From: Gammaproteobacteria bacterium
GTDB lineage: Bacteria > Pseudomonadota > Gammaproteobacteria > CAJXQU01
NCBI GenBank assembly: GCA_965238175.1
Contig: CBDEGZ010000003.1
Span: 160,001 to 224,000, forward strand
Direction: 5' to 3'
DNA length: 64,000 nt
Below are positions 11,452 to 24,000 of this stretch, in pieces (within the stretch, counting starts at the first letter, position 1; each line of letters begins with the position of its first letter). The translations under genes were made by a program, and so were the position numbers. The notes beneath the pieces are model-generated. The model ran no database searches, was not told the DNA's origin, and saw only the letters and a list, made by a program, of their open reading frames with translations.

Positions 11452-12834
11452 TTAGCTCAATATCTTAAACCTAGCAGGGTTAAAAATCACCTTCGGAGAT
11501 AGAATGCAATAGGCAAGTAGAGTAACTGAAGTGAGCGTAAGTGTGTAGCCATAACGAAAATCACAAGCAATCCCAATAATGAGATAACTTGCCAAAAAAG
11601 CAAGTGATGTAAAACCAAATGTTGCGAGTATATATTCATTCCTTTTGATCAAAATGATACTGACAATGATACAAATTAAACTGTAGAACCAAAGAGAAAA
11701 TAATGGAGTGTTAGCGTACGATTGACCAAATGATTTAATGTCTTGAGAATATGAATAATCCCCAGGTGTTATACCAAGTATTGTAGCAAGTTCAGCATTA
11801 ATGACTCGATGATAAAATTGGTTCACGCCAGAAAATACAGGCAAACAGAGCCTCGTGTCATTGAAACCTAATAGAGTGGAAAAATGATCACCTCGATGGG
11901 AAAAATATGCGATAGGATTTTCGACAATCGTCGAGTACCATAATTTAACCTTGTTCATAAAAGGCATTAGTAAATATTGAGAAGTCCATACGGGTAAAGT
12001 ATCAACGCGATAAGGGCTGTAAAGAGGAATTTCTGCTTCAAGCTCATTAATTAAAAGTGGTGATGTACCTTTAGCAAGATTACCCTGATGAGCAAGAATA
12101 CCCACGAGATCATAATGAATGGCAATTTGTACACCAACGTATTCTGTTGGTCTATCATCCACCTGTTTTGAAACCTCCAGTGTCTTCGAAATTAAAAAGT
12201 TTAGCACCAAGGGGATGATTATAAAGATGGCAAGCCTACAAAATTTAGATGCAATACGTGAGGAAGAAATCACACTTAACCAGACTGCTGCCGGGATAAG
12301 GAAAAGAATGCCCTGTTGACGACTACCTACAGTCACTGTCATTAAGCCTAGAGAAATGACAATATGGAAAAGATTTACGTTGATGTTTTTGAGGTGGAGA
12401 TGATTTATATATAAATACATAAGTAAAACAGAATGGGCTAATAACACATCTTTCCAGACGATCCCTGTATACAGAGCGATTATAGGATTTGTAAGTACCA
12501 GCATGGCGAGACATAGGCGGAAAGGTTGAATTTTTGTCTGGGAAGAAAGAACTAGCCAGATAGAGATTGAGAAGAATGCTTGCATAATAAGGACAAAACT
12601 AATCGGTGCATTCCCCAATTTATCAAGCCATCCCAATAAAGCGGACATAAAAGGAGGGTTAAAGGAAATGGATTGCCCGAACCTTCCTTCATACAACTGG
12701 ATAAGAGAGTCGACGCTAAGTTGACCTGGTAGGCCATAGGATAGTGCGAACCAAGCTTGGATAATTAAAAACAAGATGATAGCGATATTTTTATTAAAAA
12801 TGATCGATCTATTCAAAAGTTTTTCCATGATCAA
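11452..12834 (-). CDS. Polytopic membrane protein, probable GT-C-fold glycosyltransferase (paralog 2)
   Basis: Shares GLPGQLSVDSL, YTGIVWKDVLLA, GSRQQGILFLIPA, IACDFRYGYTLTL with 9644..11005. Confidence 0.55.
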   Translation of the reverse strand: MIMEKLLNRSIIFNKNIAIILFLIIQAWFALSYGLPGQLSVDSLIQLYEGRFGQSISFNPPFMSALLGWLDKLGNAPISFVLIMQAFFSISIWLVLSSQTKIQPFRLCLAMLVLTNPIIALYTGIVWKDVLLAHSVLLMYLYINHLHLKNINVNLFHIVISLGLMTVTVGSRQQGILFLIPAAVWLSVISSSRIASKFCRLAIFIIIPLVLNFLISKTLEVSKQVDDRPTEYVGVQIAIHYDLVGILAHQGNLAKGTSPLLINELEAEIPLYSPYRVDTLPVWTSQYLLMPFMNKVKLWYSTIVENPIAYFSHRGDHFSTLLGFNDTRLCLPVFSGVNQFYHRVINAELATILGITPGDYSYSQDIKSFGQSYANTPLFSLWFYSLICIIVSIILIKRNEYILATFGFTSLAFLASYLIIGIACDFRYGYTLTLTSVTLLAYCILSPKVIFNPARFKILS

Positions 12835-12859
12835 GTTATATTGAGATTTGTATGGCTAA

Positions 12860-14140
12860 CTATGTTGTTTTAGCTCGACGGTTCAACCACCATAAAAGCA
12901 TAATACTGAGCACTATATATTCGACAAAGGAAATAGTTCGAGTTGTCGAGCTCGCGTGATAAGAAAATAATTCGAGATATTGAAAATCATTACTAAGAAT
13001 TGTAAGAATCGGAAAAGGAACAGGAGTTCCATTAGGAAAATCAGGAATAATCCAGAATATTCTCTCCGATAGTGATTGTGTAACAAACAAAACGAACAGT
13101 CCCATAGAATTTTGTTTGTTGAATAACCCATTATCTAAAATAATCTTCCCTATTAATAAATATACAATGGGACAACTCCAAAAAAGAAGTCTTTCAGTAT
13201 CAGTACCACCAGCCCACCCTAACACTGAAATTCCGAATAAAAATATCAACATGAACTGGTTTCTGATCAAAAACTGTAAAACAGTTCGCCAGTAATAAAT
13301 CGGAATAATAATGATAGGTCCAAAAGCTACAAACCATGCGAGCAGGTAGGAAATAAATGTTTTCAATTGCACCCAATTAAGTGCAGACATAAAGAATGAA
13401 TATGTATTATTTTGGGTGACGGACAACTTAATCATCGTAAAGCTAACAATGCCTAAGAAAAGTGGAATAAAAAAGCTTAGAGGAATATTTTTTATAAAAT
13501 GTTTTACAAATAAACTTATTTGTAAAGAATGCTTTCCAAGCATAGAAGTAAAAGGATTTTTAGAGAAAAGAAATGCAACGGCAATGATGAGAGATACTTC
13601 TCGAAATAAAACGCCAATAAACACAATAATTCCTAGAAGAACTATCCGTAATAGGGTCGTATTTTCCTGAACTTTTCGGATCCCTATTAGCCCAGCCAGC
13701 AAAGCGACAAACAGCCAAGGATCCGTATAAACAGGATAGTAATAGACAAACCGGGTCGGCCCATGCCACATAAACAGAAAAAGTGCACTAAGCAAAATTC
13801 GGGTTTTTAAATTATCAAGATACAGTCTTAACCAGAATATAAATAATATTGTTGCAAGTAGGTTTCCAATAACATTAATGATTTTAAAACCTGAAATTAA
13901 ATTCTCTTCAGAAACAAGTGAGGCTAAAAAAGGTGTTCCGATCCGATAAACGTAAGGACCTTCAGCATCAGGTATTTTGTGATTGGAGAATTGTTCGGCA
14001 ACTTTAGTGTAAATGACACCATCAAAGCCCTGACCACTATTTACTGTTATGGGAGGTTGAAATTTTTGGCTTAGGAAATTAACAAGAACAAATAAAAATA
14101 AGACAATAAGGATCTCAATTTTACAATCATTTTTTTTCAT
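12860..14140 (-). CDS. Polytopic membrane protein, possible GT-C-like transferase
   Basis: Multi-TM; GFDGVIY..PYVYRIGTPFLA first loop, YPVYTDP, LFRE. Confidence 0.45.
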   Translation of the reverse strand: MKKNDCKIEILIVLFLFVLVNFLSQKFQPPITVNSGQGFDGVIYTKVAEQFSNHKIPDAEGPYVYRIGTPFLASLVSEENLISGFKIINVIGNLLATILFIFWLRLYLDNLKTRILLSALFLFMWHGPTRFVYYYPVYTDPWLFVALLAGLIGIRKVQENTTLLRIVLLGIIVFIGVLFREVSLIIAVAFLFSKNPFTSMLGKHSLQISLFVKHFIKNIPLSFFIPLFLGIVSFTMIKLSVTQNNTYSFFMSALNWVQLKTFISYLLAWFVAFGPIIIIPIYYWRTVLQFLIRNQFMLIFLFGISVLGWAGGTDTERLLFWSCPIVYLLIGKIILDNGLFNKQNSMGLFVLFVTQSLSERIFWIIPDFPNGTPVPFPILTILSNDFQYLELFSYHASSTTRTISFVEYIVLSIMLLWWLNRRAKTT

Positions 14141-14222
14141 AACACGATTAGCTTCATCCCGAATTTATAGAGTATTAGATGCAAAACTATAAAGTAAGAT
14201 AAAACAATTTAGCTGCCTCATA

Positions 14223-15149
14223 TCAAGGCATGCTTCCATCCGTCTCAGCCCCTTCTTTTTCCACTGGCATGAGATCTTCTTTGCTAACACCAAGTGCTAA
14301 TGCGGTAGTACTCGCCACGTACATTGATGAGTAGGTTCCGATAACGACACCGATTATTAATGCAAGCGCGAAAGGTTTGATGACTTCTCCACCGAAAAGG
14401 TACAAAGCGATCAAAACAAGTAAGGTTGTTAAGGAGGTGATCACCGTTCTTGTCAGTGTTTGATTCAGAGAAATATTCATTATCTCTTCAGTATCCTTTT
14501 TACGCACTTTAAGGAAGTTTTCACGGATGCGATCAAAAACAACAATCGTATCGTTGAGTGAATAGCCGATGACCGCGAGTATTGCTGCAAGTACCGATTG
14601 TTCAAATTTGATCTGAATCAGAGCAAAGAAGCCGAGGACGATGATGACATCATGGAACAGTGCAGCAACAGAACCAACTGCAAAACGTTTTTCAAAACGT
14701 AAAGATACATAGATCAAAATACAAAACAACGCGAGTAACATTGCAATACCACCGTCATTGGTGAGCTCTTCACCAAACTGTGGTCCAACAAATTCAACGC
14801 GGCGTAGGTCTGCTCCTACCAATATCTCAACAACTTTATCGCTGACTTTATCGTTACTTAACCCTTCGGTTGGAGCAATTCGAATCAGCACATTTTTATT
14901 ATTTCCAAAATGTTGTACGACAGCTTGGCCAATTTGTGAATCTTCAAGTGACGTTCGGATTTCATCAAGATTCACATCATTCTCATAACCCAGTTCGATC
15001 AAAGTCCCGCCGGTAAAATCGATACCGAAATTAAGACCACGTATAGCAAGTGCAGCAATCGAAGTAATGAGTAATACGACGGAAAAGATCATGGCCAGCT
15101 TACGCTTGCTCATGAAATCAAAGTTAGGAATTTTATTGAAAATTTTCAT
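14223..15149 (-). CDS. secF: Protein translocase subunit SecF
   Basis: GIDFTGG, EFVGP, GYSLNDTIVVFDRIRE. Confidence 0.97.
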   Translation of the reverse strand: MKIFNKIPNFDFMSKRKLAMIFSVVLLITSIAALAIRGLNFGIDFTGGTLIELGYENDVNLDEIRTSLEDSQIGQAVVQHFGNNKNVLIRIAPTEGLSNDKVSDKVVEILVGADLRRVEFVGPQFGEELTNDGGIAMLLALFCILIYVSLRFEKRFAVGSVAALFHDVIIVLGFFALIQIKFEQSVLAAILAVIGYSLNDTIVVFDRIRENFLKVRKKDTEEIMNISLNQTLTRTVITSLTTLLVLIALYLFGGEVIKPFALALIIGVVIGTYSSMYVASTTALALGVSKEDLMPVEKEGAETDGSMP

Positions 15150-15167
15150 AATATTTTTATCCTTATG

Positions 15168-17024
15168 CTAGATAGCAAGTTTTACGTCTTTTTTGCCACC
15201 ATAGATAAAATTGACCAATGCTCGCGAACCAATAATTGCGGTGAACATAGAGGTGAGAATTCCCAGCGCCAGTGTCACGGCAAAGCCTTTAATCGGCCCA
15301 GTTCCAAAACCATAGAGGACCGTGGCGGCGATTAAGGTTGTAATGTTCGCATCAATAATAGTTGAGAATGCTTTAGCATAACCTGCCTGAATACTTGTTT
15401 GTGGCGTACTACCGTTACGTAACTCTTCTCGAATACGTTCAAAGATCAGCACGTTAGCATCCACCGCCATACCAACGGTAAGTACAATCCCTGCAATACC
15501 AGGTAAAGTCAGTGTGGCTTGTAATAACGAAAGTAATGCAACAATTAAAACTAAGTTAACCGCTAGCGCTACATTTGCGACCATACCGAAAACTTTGTAG
15601 TAAAGCGCCATAAAGATCAAAACTAAAATAAAACCGATTTTCACTGACATAAAGCCTTTATCAATATTATCTTTACCCAGGCTCGGACCAATGGTGCGTT
15701 CCTCAATGATTTCGATTGGTGCGACTAGAGCACCTGCACGAAGAAGTAATGACAGATCACGTGCTTCTTCTGAACTGTCTAATCCAGTAATTTGGAAACG
15801 TTTACCGAGCTCACCTTGGATGGTTGCAACATTGATAATTTCTTCAATTCTTCGGCTACGCTTTTTCAGCTCACCATTTTCTTCATAAGTTTCTATTTTA
15901 CTTTCGATGAAAACAACGGCTTGCAAATGGCCAATTTCATCTCGTGTAGCTCGGCTGAACAGCGTCACACATCTACCATCTAAGGTAAGGAATACAGCCG
16001 GTGAGCCAGATTGTTGTTCAAGACCGGAAGAAGCATTGACGATACAGTCACCCTTTAACATAACTTTTTTGTCTAACAAGAAGTCACGGCCATCACGCGC
16101 TTTATATAGCTTAGATCTAATCGGCACTTTTCCGCGTAAAGCTTCTTCGACATTGCCTTCTTCATCGACCATGCGAAATTCGAGTGTTGCCGTCGCACTA
16201 AGAATCTCTTTGGCTTTGGATGGATCTTGTACACCGGGTAGTTGAATAATAATTCGTTCTAAACCCTGCTGTTGGATAACAGGCTCTGCAACTCCAAGCT
16301 CATTTACCCGGTTTCTTAATGTCGTAATATTTTGTTGTAAGGCATATCTCTTTGTTTCTCTGAGAGAATTTTCCGACTGAACCATATCGATCAAAAACAA
16401 GCCGTCTTTCTCAGAAATAACTCTTTCTAGATCGGGAAACTCATCTCGGATCAAATCATTTGCCGCAGTTTGAATGGCTTCATCTTTGCAACGGATCAAA
16501 ATGCCGCCTTTTGGTTTACGGCTGATGGTTTTGTAACGGATTTCGTTCTCACGCAGTTTGGTACGTAACTCAGTAACAAAACTTTCTTCTTTATCTTTGG
16601 TGACAGTAGCCATATCGACTTCCATCAAGATATGAACACCACCGCGCAGATCCAGACCAAGGTTCATTGGTTCGGCGCCGAGATTTTTAAGCCACTCAGG
16701 CGTTGCCGGTGCAAGGTTCAAAGCTGTCGTATACTTGCCTCCCAACTTCGCCTGGATTATCTCCTGTGCTCTGGATTGCGTTTCCGTGTCATTAAATCGA
16801 AGCATCATGCCACGTGCATTTTCTTCCAGCGATTTTGACTCAACGCCAGCTGCAGTTAAGGCTTCGCTGACAGAATCAATGGTGCTTTGCGTAAGATCTG
16901 CGTTTCGTCCCGGTGTCACTTGTATTGAAGGATCGGTGCCATACAAATTTGGTAAGGCATAAAGTGTACCGACGATCAAAACTATGACGATCAGAAGGTA
17001 TTTCCATATTGGATACTGGTTCAT
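15168..17024 (-). CDS. secD: Protein translocase subunit SecD
   Basis: LGLDLRGG, RVNELGVAEP, GMAVDANVLIFERIREE. Confidence 0.97.
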   Translation of the reverse strand: MNQYPIWKYLLIVIVLIVGTLYALPNLYGTDPSIQVTPGRNADLTQSTIDSVSEALTAAGVESKSLEENARGMMLRFNDTETQSRAQEIIQAKLGGKYTTALNLAPATPEWLKNLGAEPMNLGLDLRGGVHILMEVDMATVTKDKEESFVTELRTKLRENEIRYKTISRKPKGGILIRCKDEAIQTAANDLIRDEFPDLERVISEKDGLFLIDMVQSENSLRETKRYALQQNITTLRNRVNELGVAEPVIQQQGLERIIIQLPGVQDPSKAKEILSATATLEFRMVDEEGNVEEALRGKVPIRSKLYKARDGRDFLLDKKVMLKGDCIVNASSGLEQQSGSPAVFLTLDGRCVTLFSRATRDEIGHLQAVVFIESKIETYEENGELKKRSRRIEEIINVATIQGELGKRFQITGLDSSEEARDLSLLLRAGALVAPIEIIEERTIGPSLGKDNIDKGFMSVKIGFILVLIFMALYYKVFGMVANVALAVNLVLIVALLSLLQATLTLPGIAGIVLTVGMAVDANVLIFERIREELRNGSTPQTSIQAGYAKAFSTIIDANITTLIAATVLYGFGTGPIKGFAVTLALGILTSMFTAIIGSRALVNFIYGGKKDVKLAI

Positions 17025-17044
17025 TCTTGTTTCTTCCAGAAGTT

Positions 17045-17380
17045 TTAAAGAGTTTTGATAGTTCCTTTCGGCATAACTGCGGTGATCGCAGTACGCTGAA
17101 GTTTAACCTCGGTGCCTGATGAAATTTCGAGGGTAATAAAGTCTTCACCCAGTTTTGTGATTTTGCCAAGCAGACCGCCATTAGTAATGACTTCATCACT
17201 TTTTTCCAGACTTCCAACCAGGTTTTTATGTTCTTTCGCACGTTTCATTTGTGGACGGATCAACATGAAATAAAAGATCACAAACAACAAAATCAAAGGT
17301 AAAAATTCAGCGATGCCGGGTGTTGCAGCAACGCCGCCTCCGGTTGCTCCAGCCATTGTATTTGAAATAAAGAAATCCAT
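17045..17380 (-). CDS. yajC: Preprotein translocase subunit YajC
   Basis: FYFMLIRPQMKRAKEH, DEVITNGGLLGKI. Confidence 0.96.
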   Translation of the reverse strand: MDFFISNTMAGATGGGVAATPGIAEFLPLILLFVIFYFMLIRPQMKRAKEHKNLVGSLEKSDEVITNGGLLGKITKLGEDFITLEISSGTEVKLQRTAITAVMPKGTIKTL

Positions 17381-17490
17381 AATTTGATCCTCTCTTTGTT
17401 ATTTTTCTATTTAATTAGACTTAATTGATCGCGACATTATGACACAGGCAAACGTTCTGTACTCTGTCTAGTTAGCTGTATACGATAATA

Positions 17491-18612
<1,122 letters not shown>

Positions 18613-18617
18613 CTAAA

Positions 18618-19631
18618 TTAATAGATAAACATGGCATCGCCATAACTAAAAAAACGGTATTTCTGTTCCACTGCATGTTGATATGCATTGATCATTTTTT
18701 CTTGTCCGGCAAATGCACAAACCAGCATCAGCAATGTGGATTCGGGTAAATGAAAGTTGGTGATCATCGCATCAATGCTTTTAAATTCATAACCGGGATA
18801 GATGAAAATTGAAGTTTCACCCGAATATGATTCGATCGAACCATTAAGACTGGCTGACTCCAACGCTCTCACCGTTGTCGTTCCGAGCGCAACGACACGA
18901 CCACCCTGTTCTTGCGTTTTGTTGATTTGATCACATGTTGCTTTAGAAACCTCTATGCGCTCCGAATGCATTTTATGATCATTAATGTCATCAACGCGCA
19001 TTGGTTGGAAAGTCCCTGCACCAACATGCAAAGTCACTTGCGCAAATTGAACGCCCTTTTTTTCTAACTGATTCAGTAAGTTTTGATCAAAATGCAAACC
19101 GGCGGTGGGTGCCGCAACTGCCCCGGCTCGTTTAGCAAAAACGGTTTGATATCGTTCATCATCAAATGCTGAATCTTCTCTATTAATATAGGGAGGTAAT
19201 GGAATATGGCCAATCGCCTCCATAACTTGATCAATTTCAGACTCAAATTTCAATTCAAAAAAACCGTCTTTGCGACCAGTGACAACAGCCGAAAAATTCT
19301 GATCAAATTTGAGCGAAGTTCCGGGCTTGGGCGCTTTGCTGGATTTCATTTGTGCCAGCGCATTATGCTCATCAACGGCTCTTTCGATCAAAATCTCAAC
19401 CTTACCACCGGTTTGTTTTTGCCCAAACAAACGTGCGCGGATCACACGGGTGTCGTTCATTACTAACAGGTCGCCGGGTTGAAGCAGATCAACAATCGAT
19501 GAGAAATTTTGATCTTGAATTTCGCCATTATTTCGATCAAGCACTAACAAACGGCTTGCAGTGCGCTCAGCCGAGGGTTGTTGCGCGATCAAATCGTCCG
19601 GCAGATCAAAAGTAAAATCGGTTCGTTTCAT
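18618..19631 (-). CDS. queA: S-adenosylmethionine:tRNA ribosyltransferase-isomerase
   Basis: [42 protein letters not shown]. Confidence 0.98.
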   Translation of the reverse strand: MKRTDFTFDLPDDLIAQQPSAERTASRLLVLDRNNGEIQDQNFSSIVDLLQPGDLLVMNDTRVIRARLFGQKQTGGKVEILIERAVDEHNALAQMKSSKAPKPGTSLKFDQNFSAVVTGRKDGFFELKFESEIDQVMEAIGHIPLPPYINREDSAFDDERYQTVFAKRAGAVAAPTAGLHFDQNLLNQLEKKGVQFAQVTLHVGAGTFQPMRVDDINDHKMHSERIEVSKATCDQINKTQEQGGRVVALGTTTVRALESASLNGSIESYSGETSIFIYPGYEFKSIDAMITNFHLPESTLLMLVCAFAGQEKMINAYQHAVEQKYRFFSYGDAMFIY

Positions 19632-19729
19632 GGTGCGCGGATCATAGCAGAGAAAAACACAAGAAATGGATCGCGAAAAAGAAATTGTAAGCGTATTCTA
19701 AAACCTCAACTTGTTACGTTTATTGCTCA

Positions 19730-20560
19730 ATGACAAATACAAAACAATCCGATTATGAACGCATAAGCAAAGCGATCGAATACATCTCAGCTCATGTAAA
19801 ACAACAACCTTCGCTTGATCAAATTGCGGAGCACATTCATCTTAGCCCTCAACATTTTCAGCGCTTGTTTAAACGTTGGGCCGGCGTTTCACCTAAACGA
19901 TTATTGCAAGTCCTAACTGTAGAGCATGCAAAAAAATGTCTTGAAAATTCAACACTTATGGAAACAAGCCATGATTTAGGCCTGAGTAGCACAGCGCGTT
20001 TGCACGATCATTTTGTAAGTTTGGAAGCAATGACGCCGGGTGAATTTAAATCGCAAGGTCAAGGTTTACAGATCAAATATGGGATCCATAAATCCCCTTT
20101 TGGTGAGGTTTTTATCGCGACAACACAACGTGGGATCTGTCATCTTATTTTTTTTGATCAAAAACAAAGACAAGCAGATATTGATCAGGCATTAATAGAA
20201 ATCAAACAGAAGTTTATTTTTTCGGATTTAGAACAAGATCAAAAATCAACCCAAGAATTTGTCGAAAAGATCTTTTCTCTACAACAGGAAAATTTGCCAT
20301 TGATCGTGGTGGGTACAAACTTTCAGATCAATGTCTGGAAAGCCTTATTAAAAATCCCATCGGGACAATTGAGTACTTATGGCGCAATTGCAAAACAGCT
20401 CGAAAACCCTAAAGCCTCAAGAGCGGTTGGAAGTGCCGTCGGTGCAAATCCGATCAGTTATATCATTCCATGTCATCGCGTTATTGCCTCAACAGGAATC
20501 ATCGGTAACTATCGATGGGGAAAAACAAGAAAAAAAGCCATGCTTCTTTGGGAATCTTGA
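19730..20560 (+). CDS. AraC-HTH / methylated-DNA--protein-cysteine methyltransferase (Ada-like)
   Basis: N-terminal HLSPQHFQRLFKRWAGVSP HTH; C-terminal RAVGSA..NP..IPCHRV. Confidence 0.92.
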   Translation: MTNTKQSDYERISKAIEYISAHVKQQPSLDQIAEHIHLSPQHFQRLFKRWAGVSPKRLLQVLTVEHAKKCLENSTLMETSHDLGLSSTARLHDHFVSLEAMTPGEFKSQGQGLQIKYGIHKSPFGEVFIATTQRGICHLIFFDQKQRQADIDQALIEIKQKFIFSDLEQDQKSTQEFVEKIFSLQQENLPLIVVGTNFQINVWKALLKIPSGQLSTYGAIAKQLENPKASRAVGSAVGANPISYIIPCHRVIASTGIIGNYRWGKTRKKAMLLWES

Positions 20561-20574
20561 TCGATAATAGCTAC

Positions 20575-21039
20575 ATGGAGCAGTTCAAACTTTATCTATC
20601 AACTATTCTTTTGAACATAATGATCTCAGCATGTTCAGAGCCACTAGATCCTTATGAAGCTTTTGCGGTTGGTGAATACGAGGCTGCAAAACAGCAATTA
20701 CTGCCACTTGCCGCAGAAAACGATCTAAAAGCCATGACCTACCTGGCAGCTGTTTATCAAATAGAACGTAATTACACAAAAGCCGTAGAACTCTATACGA
20801 AAGCGGCATTAAAAGATTATGTCCCTGCACAATATAATCTGGGAGTGATGGCATACCAGGGAAAAGGTATGGAACCGGATAATCTCAAAGCTTACGGTTG
20901 GTTGGATCATGCAAGGGAGCAAGGTCACCCAAAAGCGAGTGACTTCATCAATGGGTTTCTTCGGTTTGAAATGACGCCAAACGCCGCAATGCAAGCAAAA
21001 GAAGATGTTAAAAAACTGATCAGAGCTGAGGCTGAATAG
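20575..21039 (+). CDS. Sel1-repeat lipoprotein
   Basis: Likely start 20575 with ISAC lipobox; AQYNLGVMAYQGKGM..AYGW Sel1 repeats. Confidence 0.75.
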   Translation: MEQFKLYLSTILLNIMISACSEPLDPYEAFAVGEYEAAKQQLLPLAAENDLKAMTYLAAVYQIERNYTKAVELYTKAALKDYVPAQYNLGVMAYQGKGMEPDNLKAYGWLDHAREQGHPKASDFINGFLRFEMTPNAAMQAKEDVKKLIRAEAE

Positions 21040-21045
21040 CACTCT

Positions 21046-21073
21046 AAAAAAACAGTATAAATAAACTGTTTTT
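21046..21073. terminator. Bidirectional terminator
   Basis: AAAAAAACAGT-ataaataa-ACTGTTTTT between convergent genes. Confidence 0.6.
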
Positions 21074-24000
21074 ACAGATTATCCTCCAACAACATAATTT
21101 CCGTTTTGCTTAGATCAAATAAATCATAAACCAACGAATTGATTTGTTGTTCTGCTTGGGCAATCTGCACACTGAGTTGTTCGATTTTCTCTGTCTCGAC
21201 ATTTAACCAGCTTTCCCAGTCATTACGATCTTGCAAAGGAATATCCTGTTTAAACTGCTTTTTGATCTCACGACGAAATAAAGCAAAATCCAGCGCCCAC
21301 CATTCGATCAGTTTTTTAGATAATTTGGCTTCACGATCAGAAGGACACAAGTCTGGAATGCGTTGACGCACCGCTTTCTGGATCGCATAGCGTTGTTCTG
21401 CAAAGTGTTGACAGGATTCTGCTAGCTCCGCGAGTGTTTGTTTTTGTTGATCTGTAGCTGTTGGGATAGGAAAAGGTTCAATGAACTGATTTTTCATCCT
21501 TAAATACCCACCACGTAAAATTGTAGTGACCGACGAAAAGTGAAACCAAGCCAGGCTAGAATTTAGTATCGCTAGTAATTCAAGTTCGGCATTAGGTAAG
21601 AAGAAAGTTGTGGCTTCTTGATATATACCTGACTTGTCGTAACAAAAAGGATTAGTCGAACAAATTTCGATATAGCTAATTTTTGGTTCTTCAAACATAT
21701 GATAGTAATCACAGGATCGTAGTTCCCACCAAAATTCACCTTTATCACTACGCCTTTTTCCTTTGGCTGAAAATGGAATTAACCAGTTACATATTGCTGG
21801 ATATAGTTGGAGTAGTTCAGAGAAGGCTTTATCCTCGTCAATATTTCCAAATTTAGAAGTCGTCCATCCTTTTGGAAAGAGAATTAAAAAGTTTCCCTGG
21901 TTATCAAAATGCCACTTTCTAATTTCATTTCCTTTGATTAAAGGTTTGACTATCTCAGTAGAGTTTGGATCTTCCCGCACTAGCTGATCACGTGTTTTGC
22001 GATCAATCACAAATGCTTCATTCAACCCAGTTTTGACGCCGTATTTGGGTGATCCATATACTTCTTTTAGCGTCGGTTTTCCTTGCGTAATTTTTGATCG
22101 CAGCTCGGCAAGTTGATGTTCTTCGAGTCGCCAGCTTTGTTGTTGCAATTGCTGTTGTTGCATGACGCGTTGAGATTGTTGGAAGTGACTGTGCAAATCT
22201 TCCGGCAGTTGATTTTGCAGGGACAAAAATGAAATGTTGCTGTTGGGATTTGCCGTTTGATTGCGCGCAATAATAATCGCCGGATAAGTTGTGACCCCTT
22301 CAAACAATTGCAAATCATTAAAATTGATCAGTACTTCCAATGTGGTTTGTTGGCTCAGAAAAGTGCGTAAATTTTTACCACTGCTGGTTTTAAAAAACGT
22401 GCTGGATGAAATGTAACCGAGCAAACCGTCGGGCTTTAACACACGCATACCCAGCTCAAAAAAGTAGCAATACAGATCAGCCACGCCATGATAAACCGTG
22501 TAGTTTTGTTCTAGCCAGGGTTTGATTTCACTAATCCGTTCCTGGCGGACATAAGGTGGGTTTCCGAGCACAACATCAAAACCACCTGTTGCAAATACCG
22601 CAGGAAATTGTTGTTGCCAGTTAAAGGCGTGATGATCAATTTGCCGATCGTTGATCAGAGAATTGCCGTGTTTGAGGTTGTCATCCAGACTGGTTAACGG
22701 TTTGCCCTTGTGCGCAGTTTTCAGCCAGAGTGAGAGTTTGGTAATTTCTATTGATTCTTCATTTAGATCAACACCGTATAAATTGTTGTTGAGGATTTCT
22801 TTATCCAGATCGAAGAGATCCCGGCTGCCGGTAATATCGGCCAGCTTGTCATTTACGCGGGTGTATTCAGCGTATAAATAATCAAATGCGGCAACTAAAA
22901 AAGCACCAGATCCGCAGGCAGGATCAAGTATGCGAATTTGCATTAAGGTATCACGCCAGCTTATCCAGAATTGTTGTTCGGATGATTTATTTTTCCAGCG
23001 TATTTTTTGATCACTTTCTTCAAAAGATTGTTTTTTTGTGTATTGGATCAACAACTGATCAAACGCATTTTTTAAGTAGCTGCCGAGGGTCTTTTCAACA
23101 ATAAACTGGGTGATGTTATCGGGTGTGTAAACGACGCCATGTTGCTTGCGCTTACCTTTAACGGCGGTTTGTTTTTCGATAAGTTGCGTAGGCGTAGTAC
23201 CAGCTTCGATCGTTTCGTGAATGGTTTCCAGATCACTGATCGATTGTTCAAAAATATGCCCGAGTACAGTGACGCCAACTTCGGATTCAAAGTCGTATTC
23301 ACCAAGCGCTTTGAATTTTTCACAAAGATCATCACTAATTACAAGTTGATCTATGGCTGGATCAGGTGAAAATAAACCGCCGTTATACGCGGGTATGTCG
23401 AGCGTTTTGTTACCCTGATTAATTGCCTGAAATAAACCTTTGAAATTTTCCCAAATTGGTTTTTGATTATAGGGATCATTATGTTGATAAGCCTTTTGCA
23501 AAGTTTGTTCTGGCAATAAGCCACGATCTTCCGCGAAAGCGATAAACAAAATACGATCGAGCAGAGTTTGTGCATGGCCGACTAATGTGAGTGACGAAGT
23601 GTTCGGATTGTCGTGTTGTAAGGAGTCGATCAAATGGAAACGTAAGTTGCGGTAATCTTCATAAAGACGACTGGTAATGTCTTTTTCGGCTTTTTCGCTG
23701 GCTTCTAGTAAAGAACGTGTTTCAGTTCTAAGTAAATTTTTTGCAGAGAGTAGCAGCATGAATCGAGCATATTCATGGGGATCTAATAGATCAGTAAATT
23801 GCCAGGTTTCGTAATCCTGGCGACCATAACCGACTGCATATAACCGAACCTCGACATAATTACTTAGTAAAACCCATTTTGCGCCCGGTGCGTCCATTGC
23901 ATATTCCCATGCTTGTTGAACCGGACTTTTATGACGGCCTGACATGATTGCGTCGAGATCTTTGGTGTTAGCACCTTTGAGTTCAAATGGCGCGATGATT

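Noticed and set aside
11143-11468. Three short ORFs of 63-81 aa
   Set aside because: They lie within the palindromic MITE and have no protein-like features
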